Shown piece after piece: positions 34,864 through 43,589 of a DNA stretch of 43,589 bases. The position numbers were made by a program, and so were the translations under genes. Where the stretch lies: assembly GCA_003568945.1 (NCBI GenBank), contig BDIP01000025.1, positions 1 to 43,589 on the forward strand, written 5' to 3'. Numbering within the stretch: position 1 is the stretch's first letter; each line of letters opens with the position of its first letter. The notes beneath the pieces were generated by a model that was given only the letters and a program-made list of their open reading frames with translations, was not told the origin of the DNA and did not search any database. Source of the stretch: Kipferlia bialata. Taxonomy: Eukaryota.

Positions 34864-36816
34864 ATTCCTCACCCTCAGGTGTGATGTGGGAGGGCACCTA
34901 CCCTGCCCCCAATGCACTCAACACCACATACCTCGACGCTGTGGAGGTAGGTTTTACTATTGTCATTAGTACTATATTATAGTACTATACATATGTATAC
35001 TGATTAAATATACCCATATTGTTATTATTTGTGTTCCCGAAGCACTCAACACCACATACCTCGACGCAGTGGAGGTAGGGGTGTACATTTCTCTTCCACA
35101 CTGTATATATTGTTGCAGTGTGGTCTATTCTGTCTGTATACACCCCTTACCCCCAGGACATTGTGGACATGCTGGGTGCTGCTGGCATCTACACCCTCAT
35201 AGACCTGCACCAGGTATGGGCTGTACCTCTCGGTATAGCCTGAGTATATGTATTTAGGCGTGCTCTGTGTACATACTTCGTTGTGTGTCTCTCCCTCACC
35301 CCAGGACCTCCTCTCCCGCAACACCTGTGGAGAGGGCATCCCGCAGTGGCTGCTGCCCAACGAGAGGTATACATATCTATTTCTATGCATACACACAAGT
35401 ATCACCATACACTCATACTCTCATTCTTCCTCACCATCTAGGATTCTGCACGCTGCCCCCTTCCCTGAGCCCGTCGAGCAGGTATCAGAGTCAATCATTA
35501 ACAGTCATATGTCTGCTATCAGTATACAGTCAAGAATATCTTATCCCAGGTTGGATACCCTCTGGACCAGGACGGAAACCCAGACCTCCAGGTGAGAGAA
35601 GTCACACCCACACCCACACCCACCCACACACACACACACACGCTCTCTCTGTCTCTCTCCCTTCCCTCGTCCCCTCACTCACTCCCTCTCACTCCCAGGA
35701 CTGTCTGTACCATATGCTTGATAAAGAGCATCTTTCTCTCTCTCTCTCTCTCGCTCTTCGTCTCTGTCTCTCTAATTCCCCAGGACTGTCTCTCCCGCGA
35801 GTTTGCCACATACTATCTGGCTGATGCTGTGGGGTACCTGTTTGGGGCACTCTATGAGAACAAGTGAGTAGTGGTGCTATTAGTGTACATGCATATACTC
35901 TGTTGGAGTCTATGCCTACTTGGGACGCTCTGTGAAGACACGTGAGTATTCACCTCTTCATACTATTTGTGGAGTGTGCCTTGACCTCTCTCTGACCCCA
36001 GGAATGTGATGCATGACAATGACCCCTCCAACAGATACACCGGGTACAGGGTACGGCACACATATCTCCTGTACTCTCTCGAAGGTACATTGGTAACAAG
36101 GGTATGCGTCTGACCCCCAGCTGCTTGACAACCTCATGCTGCACTACAACGCAGTCTCCACCCGCTTTGCCGGTCACCCCATGGTCCTGGGCTATGACCT
36201 GCTCAATGAGCCCTTTGTCGGGGAGGCAGACCTGCACCCGATGTGAGTCATGTCCCTCTCTCTCTCTCTCTTTCTCTTACGTTCCATACCACTTACTGTT
36301 AGGTACCTCATCAACCCTGCCAAGTTCGAGGAGGAGGTCCTGGCACCCTTCTACGCACAGATCATAGAGAGGATATACAGGTGCCCATGTCTCCAGCATC
36401 TAGTGATACTCTGTCTTATCCGGAATTATCTCTGATGGGTATATGGAGACTAGCTATACAGTGTCTAACGTACTAGGAATGACCCGAACCACCTCTTCTT
36501 CTTCGAGCCTGTTGTCTCCTCCTTCCTACCCACTGGTCTGGGCAAGGGAGGGCCCGGCATAGACACAGTCCCGGCCAGCCAGCAGGTATGCATACACATT
36601 AAATATAATATATACAATATATGATACTACCTGCCTGTCGGTAATGGATGATACTCTCTTGTATCTCACCCCCAGGTCTTCTCCTTCCACACATACTGTG
36701 GCCCCAGCACCAGTGACGGAGACCCCAAGTGAGTTTAGTATTCACTGTTCGACATATACTCTCTCGCCTTCTGACACCCAGGTACTACATTCCGTGTATC
36801 CTGGAGGACACTGCCC

Positions 36817-36851
<35 letters not shown>

Positions 36852-39486
36852 ATATGTATATATATATATCCATTTCTTACACCCAGGTACTACATCCCGT
36901 GCATCCTGGAGGACACTGCCCTGTTTGACATGAGGGTAGAGGACATGGAGAAGATGGGGACGGGCGCTATGGTACGGATCATACATGTATATTTATATAT
37001 GTGTGTGTGTGTGTGATACGTCTATATGAGGATAGAGGACATGGAGAAGATGGGGACAGGCGCCATGGTATGTGTAGTAAATATTTTGTATATACACATG
37101 TTTGTGTCTGTATATATGTGATGGTAGAGGACATGGAGAAGATGGGGACAGGCGCCATGGTGCGTATCATACATGTATANNNNNNNNNNNNNNNNNNNNN
37201 NNNNNNNNNNNNNNNNNNNNNNNNNNNNNNNNNNNNNNNNNNNNNNNNNNNNNNNNNNNNNNNNNNNNNNNNNNNNNNNNNNNNNNNNNNNNNNNNNNNN
37301 NNNNNNNNNNNNNNNNNNNNNNNNNNNNNNNNNNNNNNNNNNNNNNNNNNNNNNNNNNNNNNNNNNNNNNNNNNNNNNNNNNNNNNNNNNNNNNNNNNNN
37401 NNNNNNNNNNNNNNNNNNNNNNNNNNNNNNNNNNNNNNNNNNNNNNNNNNNNNNNNNNNNNNNNNNNNNNNNNNNNNNNNNNNNNNNNNNNNNNNNNNNN
37501 NNNNNNNNNNNNNNNNNNNNNNNNNNNNNNNNNNNNNNNNNNNNNNNNNNNNNNNNNNNNNNNNNNNNNNNNNNNNNNNNNNNNNNNNNNNNNNNNNNNN
37601 NNNNNNNNNNNNNNNNNNNNNNNNNNNNNNNNNNNNNNNNNNNNNNNNNNNNNNNNNNNNNNNNNNNNNNNNNNNNNNNNNNNNNNNNNNNNNNNNNNNN
37701 NNNNNNNNNNNNNNNNNNNNNNNNNNNNNNNNNNNNNNNNNNNNNNNNNNNNNNNNNNNNNNNNNNNNNNNNNNNNNNNNNNNNNNNNNNNNNNNNNNNN
37801 NNNNNNNNNNNNNNNNNNNNNNNNNNNNNNNNNNNNNNNNNNNNNNNNNNNNNNNNNNNNNNNNNNNNNNNNNNNNNNNNNNNNNNNNNNNNNNNNNNNN
37901 NNNNNNNNNNNNNNNNNNNNNNNNNNNNNNNNNNNNNNNNNNNNNNNNNNNNNNNNNNNNNNNNNNNNNNNNNNNNNNNNNNNNNNNNNNNNNNNNNNNN
38001 NNNNNNNNNNNNNNNNNNNNNNNNNNNNNNNNNNNNNNNNNNNNNNNNNNNNNNNNNNNNNNNNNNNNNNNNNNNNNNNNNNNNNNNNNNNNNNNNNNNN
38101 NNNNNNNNNNNNNNNNNNNNNNNNNNNNNNNNNNNNNNNTTGAGGATAGAGGACATGGAGAAGATGGGGACGGGTGCTATGGTAAGGATCATACCTGTAT
38201 ATATATGTATATGTATGTATATATGCGTGGGTATTGATATATATATATATATATATGTATATGAGGATAGCTGACATGTAGAAGATGGGGACAGGCGCCA
38301 TGGTAAGAATAGTATATATATACTTTTGACTTGTGTCACATTTCGATGGTGATACTCACCCCCAGGTCACTGAGTTTGGTGCCATCCCCAACGACGCTGA
38401 TGGCCTGCAGGACATTGACTATGTGACACAGCTCGTGGAGACAGCAGGTGTGGACAGTTACATATAGTTGTGTGAATATTATGTTTATGTCACTTAGCCT
38501 CTTACACTAGGCCTTGGCTGGATCTACTGGCAATACAAGGGCTACCTATATATATATATATATACATCAGTACATATAATACTTGTCTAGAGACCTTCCC
38601 CTCTCTTACACTAGGCCTTGGCTGGATCTACTGGCAGTACAACACTTCTCTCTCGTATTACCTTTGTATATGCCTGTAAGTATATATACTTTCCCTACAC
38701 ACTACCTCTAACCCAGGCCTTGGCTGGATCTACTGGCAGTACAAGGGCTACATGGACCTGACCACTGCGGCTGGGGGCATGGGCATAGGGGAGGGGCTCT
38801 TCAATGAGGACGGGTCGGCTCAGGTATTGAGATTCTATATATTGAGAGTGTGCATGAGTATAGTTACCAGTCTTGCTACTCTCCTCATATGGTGCATAGT
38901 CTGTATATATAGATATTTTATGTATTCTTCCATATATTACTTTGATGCTGAATATTATACACGAGTTAACCCCAGATGGAGAAGGTGCGTGCCCTGGGCC
39001 ACCCCTATGCCAGAAGGGTGCAGGGGCATCTGGAGTATGCCTCCTTCGAGCAGGCCGGCAACCACTACCACGCCACACTTAACATCACAGGAGTCTCAGA
39101 GGTGGGTAGATATATCCAATTGGCCCCCGTCCCTCCTCTCTCCCATATGTATAGTTATATATATATGATGTATGTATAGTTATATATGTGAGTATGTCTC
39201 CCTGACCCCCAGGTGTTCCTCAACCCCGACCTCACCTACCCTGACAACGGGGTCATGGTTGATATCAGCACAGTGTCTGGAGGGGACGCAGGGTTCTACT
39301 GGGACAGGGAGAACGTGCTAGGTACAGTGAATACCTACTCTCTCTCCCTCTATGTATATACTCTTCTCTCTCTCTATATAATTATATACTAGAACCATAT
39401 ACCGATCCTGACCCTCAGTGGTTGAGCCTCTGAACGGTGCAGACTGGAGTTACATGCACCTGGACCTGTGGGACTACCCCGTCTAG
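34265..39486 (+). CDS. glycoside hydrolase family 5, endoglycoceramidase-like; multi-exon, spans two gaps, start unresolved
   Basis: GVMWEGTYP..NTTYLDAVEDIVDMLGAAGIYTLIDLHQDLLSR..CGEGIPQW; acid/base VLGYDLLNEP (NEP 36205-36213); FFEP; FSFHTYC; nucleophile MVTEFG (38366-); GWIYWQYK; PYARRVQG; ends ...LWDYPV-TAG at 39486. Inclusion of exon 34265-34454 (...ILPVRVVEGEIE) is inferred across the gap. Confidence 0.9.
34526..34814. other. assembly gap flanked by poly-C
   Basis: N run. Confidence 1.
36931..38304 (+). repeat. tandem array of an exon 3' end plus donor site, interrupted by gap 37180-38140
   Basis: GAGGACATGGAGAAGATGGGGACRGGYGCYATG|GT in units starting at about 36931, 37027, 37122, 38141 and 38262 (last copy degenerate), separated by (TA)/(TG)-rich spacers. 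Confidence 0.92.
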
Positions 39487-39681
39487 AGAGGGAGAGAGTG
39501 AGAGAGTACGAGTTTCCGTGGTACTTAATGTACACAACGAGTTGTTTGATTGTATAAATGTGTAATGATGCACTCATTTGATCCAGGACAACAATAATTT
39601 AGTACATATGGTTCACACACTTCACAGCAAAGTAGCATTGAATCTCTCCCCCTGTGAATATAGGGTAGAGTATCTACTCCC

Positions 39682-41371
39682 TCACTGGGCTATCCCGTGC
39701 TTCTCTAGGATGGTATTGAATAGACGCATCCTCTCAGAGGAGGAGAGCCGGGCCACCTTGGACGCCATTCTGGGGTAAATGTATGAAAATACTGACAAAT
39801 ACAAATACATAGATATATAGCTATATATATATATATATGTGGGTGTGCACCTGCTGTTCTCGTCCAGCATGTCATCAGTCAGGTACCCACACCCGGGTGT
39901 GTACCCGTGGACAGAGGGGGACATGGGGAGGGAGGGGGAGAGACCCCCAGTGGCGGCAGCAGCCAGGGAGAGAGATATCACATCTGACACAGTGAGGGTC
40001 TGGCTTCTGATGGGATGGGTACTCTCAGCAGTAGGTGAGTACCTCTCCCTCTCCCTCTCCCTCTCCCTCTCTCCCTCTCTCTCTGCCTGTGGAGAGTGGG
40101 GGACTGGGGGCACAGACTCTCTCTCAAAGGTCACCTCTGTTCCCCTCTCCGCATCACCAAGGCTTAACTTGCCACTGGATGTGAATATCTCATTCTCACG
40201 GGCCCGCTCCCTGTTCCCTCTCTCCCTCTCTCCCTCTCTCTCTCTCTCAGCACTCAGAGACACCGACCTGCCCATCGATGCAAAGGTCCTCTCGCTCTCT
40301 TGCTCCTGGGGTGGTACGTAGTACTCTGCCTGCCTGTGCACCTCTCTCACCAGGTCACGAGAGACACTCTCTCTCTCACTCACACGAGGGATACTCTCCC
40401 TCTCAGAGACAGGTGGTACGTGCTCGTAGGGGTCCCCCTCGCTCTCTCTTGTGCCTCTAAGGTATGTCCCACTGGGCTCATAGGGACTCTCCCTCTCCCC
40501 CTCTCTCTCAGACTGGGTATGGGGGTGTGGGGGTGGGGGTACATAGACAGCAGTGCCTGTGTCAGGAGAGCCTCTCTCAACACTCCCGTACATGGGCTGC
40601 GACTCTCTGGGGCTGTCTGCCTCTCTCTGCCTCTCACTCTCTCCCCTAGGCACAGACAGAGAGTGCGAGTGGGTAGAGTCCGAAGAAGAGTGCATGAGGG
40701 GGTTGGGGTTGGCCTCTGTCTCCCTCTCCCCCTCCCCCTCTCCCCCTGTCTCCCTAGCACCCAGGGTGGGGGGTGGGGTACCTGATGCCTGGGCCTCAAT
40801 AGATTGGGGCCTGGCGTATCTCTCTAGCACACGCGCCATCTCCCTCTCCCTCTCCCTCCTCTCCCTCTCCCTCTTCTCCTTCATGCCGGCATCCAGCCTC
40901 GCACGGACTGCATCACCCCTCTCATCCCGCTCCCTCTCCACCTTATCCTCCTCCCTCTCCCTCTCCTGTCGCCGCTGGGGGTGTGTGAGGGCAGATGGTG
41001 GGTTGCGGCCCACGTTGAGCACTGGTGACCTGCCATGCCCCTTCGTCTCTCTCTCTCTCTCCCTGTCCCTGAGGACAGAGGCCCCTCTGGTGGGAGGGGA
41101 CTGGGAGGTGGTCACAGGGGACGGGGCTGAGAAGACAGTCTCTCTCTCTGTGGTCTCTGCCTCACTGGTATCAGCACTGGGCCTCAGTGGCGATGTGGCG
41201 AGACCCCTCCTCTCAACGGCAGAGGGGGACACCATGGCATCCCTCTCCCTCTCCCGCTCAAGGTCAGGCTTGGGCGCAGAGGAGCTCAGCCGCTGCTGTC
41301 TCTCCCTCTCCCTCTCCCGCTCCCTACGACTGGCTGAGCCCTGCTGCCGCCTGGGGTGAGGTTGAATATAT

Positions 41372-41406
<35 letters not shown>

Positions 41407-41793
41407 GGGGGGTGGGTGGAGAAATAGACATAGAGTGAGTACAAATGTGCGCATTTTGCTCCAAATGATGGTAGACCTAGGTAGTAGTTGTAGGAAGGTA
41501 GGAGAAAATGAAGACTGCTTGATCAGGTGTCCGTACAACGTCCAATACCACACACACACTACCACATGCCGACACACACTACTCCTAACCTGCTATCAAA
41601 CTCCTGTAGCGACACATCCAGCTCAGCCAGCTTCTTCTGGTACTTGTTGATCAAGTGGTCCAGCTGGGTTAGAATGGTACATATGCAGCAACTCATGGAC
41701 TTCAGAGGGGTGGATATTGCAATGATCAAGCAGTAAAACTTGTGTGTCTCACGCAGCGGTAGCCCTAGTTGTGTTACATACCTCAGCTGCCAT
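39682..41793 (-). CDS. hypothetical protein: short N-terminal coiled coil, long E/R/S/P low-complexity region, short C-terminal helix
   Basis: ATG GCA GCT GAG|GTATGT; exon LDHLINKYQKKLAELDVSLQEFDSR; long exon about 39852-41350; terminal exon MASKVARLSSSERMRLFNTILEKHGIAQ-TGA. Confidence 0.75.
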
Positions 41794-42115
41794 TTGGCAG
41801 GGCAGGGTGAGAGGAGGTTGATCCAGGCCATTGTTGCTCGCACTGTCAGTAACATATAGCAGACACGTTTGAGAAGTAATACTGTTTGTTTCCGTAACGC
41901 AGTGGTATTTTTTCTATCTCTCAACTGTCGGTTGGGCGTTCGAATCCCAGAATAGTGTCCTTACACACCAAATCTTTTGCCGCTGTTCGTGAGGGTGTAG
42001 AGCCATCCATAGTTTTTGCTTGACTTGAGCTCTCCGAAAAGTCTCCGACTGGACTTGTCGGAGAAGTGGTCTTGGGCTGGAGTTGAGCCATATCTTGCCC
42101 TTTTTGCATCTACAG

Positions 42116-43508
42116 ATGGGATTCCCACAGCGTGGAGGCAGAGGAGGCGGCAGAGGAGGCGGCAGGGGTGGTAGCCGTGGAGGCTTCGGCGGAAGGAGCT
42201 TTGGTGATGGCAAGGGAGCTGGCATGAGCCGTGGAGGCCGTGGAGGCCGTGGTGGCGACCGTGGTGGCCGTGGTGGCTTCCGTGGAGGCCGTGGAGGTGG
42301 CCGTGGTGGCTTTGGTGGCGACCGTGGTGGCCGTGGAGGCAGGGGTGGCTTCGGAGGTGGCCGCGGAGGCCGTGGCGGCAGGGGTGGATTCGGAGGTGGC
42401 CGTGGAGGCCGTGGAGGCCGTGGAGGCTCCCGTGGAGGCCGCGGAGGCAGGGGTGGAGATATGAAGGGAGGAGACCGCGTGTTTGTTGAGGAGCACGACA
42501 GGTTCGGAGGATGCTTCCTCCAGCGTGGAAAGAACGACGCTCTCCTGACCAAGTCCATGGCCCCTGGTGTGGCTGTGTACGGTGAGGACACCGTCAAGGC
42601 TACCGTTGGTGATGAGCAGGTATGTTATGTTCTCTTGTGCCTTTGATTTAGGCTATCTGTCTGTTGCCTATATTGATATCGTATCTAACAACGTAATTAT
42701 GGTTAGATCTCTCTTGTTATTCTTACCCCAGATCGAGTACCGTGTGTGGAACCCTTACAGATCCAAGCTCGGTGCCGCTGTTGTGCTCGGAATCGGCAAC
42801 ATCTACATGAAGCCCGGTGCCAAGTACGTACTGCTTCTTCCTTTTGTATTTCTAGGATATAGTGTTCTGATTGATGATGTTTCTTCTGTTTTGGAGCGCT
42901 TGTCCATTAGTGTGTGTATGCTAATAATGTCTCACCCTAGGGTCCTGTACCTTGGAGCTGCCTCTGGTACCACCGTGTCTCACGTGTCCGATCTCGTCGG
43001 ACCCGAGGGCCGTGTGTATGCTGTTGAGTTCAGGTTAGTGTGTTTACGTCCTCTCCTCACATCTTTCCCAATATCATCTCCTGGCTTCGGATCTGTCTCG
43101 CCCTGTTATATATCAGTCTTGCTCTATATATGGTGCGTGTGTGTTGCTGACCCCAGCCCCCGTTCCGGCCGTGATCTGGTTGGCATGGCCAAGAAGAGGA
43201 CCAACGTGCTCCCCATCGTTGCCGATGCCAGGCACCCCCACAAGTACAGAATGGTTGTGCCCATGGTTGACGTCATCTTCGCCGATGTCGCCCAGCCCGA
43301 TCAGGCTAGGTATGCATACCTGCCTATCTCTCACGCTCTCTTTTGCGCTGTTCTCACAGGTCTATATACAATGTGACTCACCCCCAGAATCGTTGGTGTC
43401 AACGCCCAGTACTTCCTGAAGAACGGCGGTGGCTTTGTCATCTCCATCAAGGCCAACTGCGTTGACTCCACCAAGGAGCCCGATGTAGTTTACGACGGAG
43501 AGATCGAG
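42116..43508 (+). CDS. FBL: fibrillarin (box C/D snoRNP rRNA 2'-O-methyltransferase, Nop1), 3' end beyond window
   Basis: RGG/GAR N-terminus; exons 42116-42619, 42732-42823, 42941-43033, 43157-43309, 43388-43508 give [69 protein letters not shown]. Confidence 0.98.
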
Positions 43509-43539
43509 GTGAGGACCTCTCTCTCTCTCTCTCCCTGTC

Positions 43540-43541
<2 letters not shown>

Positions 43542-43589
<48 letters not shown>
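43542..43589. repeat. poly-C run at window end
   Basis: Read directly. Confidence 0.95.

Noticed and set aside
36931..38304. CRISPR-like repeat-spacer appearance
   Set aside because: The repeat is a copy of the host exon end, spacers are (TA)/(TG) microsatellite, the context is eukaryotic and there are no cas genes
36979..38339. 350-440 aa ORFs in the track
   Set aside because: Made almost entirely of N-gap X residues

Overview
Eukaryotic, extremely intron-dense draft-assembly window with three N gaps and poly-G/C ends. It uses the standard code: TAG, TAA and TGA all end genes. Introns are short (about 50-130 nt), and the branch point is fused to the acceptor (YTNAC-CCC(C)AG). With abundant (GA)n/(TC)n tracts, this suggests a free-living fornicate such as Kipferlia (inference only). 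Contents in order: a complete TOR kinase gene with about 95 introns (864-18897, +); two tandem minus-strand genes for large low-complexity proteins that share a Cys-rich domain I do not recognise; a motif- and palindrome-rich 1.2 kb spacer between them with a tRNA-like relic; an ABCC-transporter 5' fragment cut off at a gap; a GH5 endoglycoceramidase-like gene containing many partial exon duplications; a hypothetical gene; and fibrillarin, truncated at the window end. Exon structures were read by hand, so internal coordinates are approximate. Most ORFs in the supplied track are intron read-throughs or antisense shadows.
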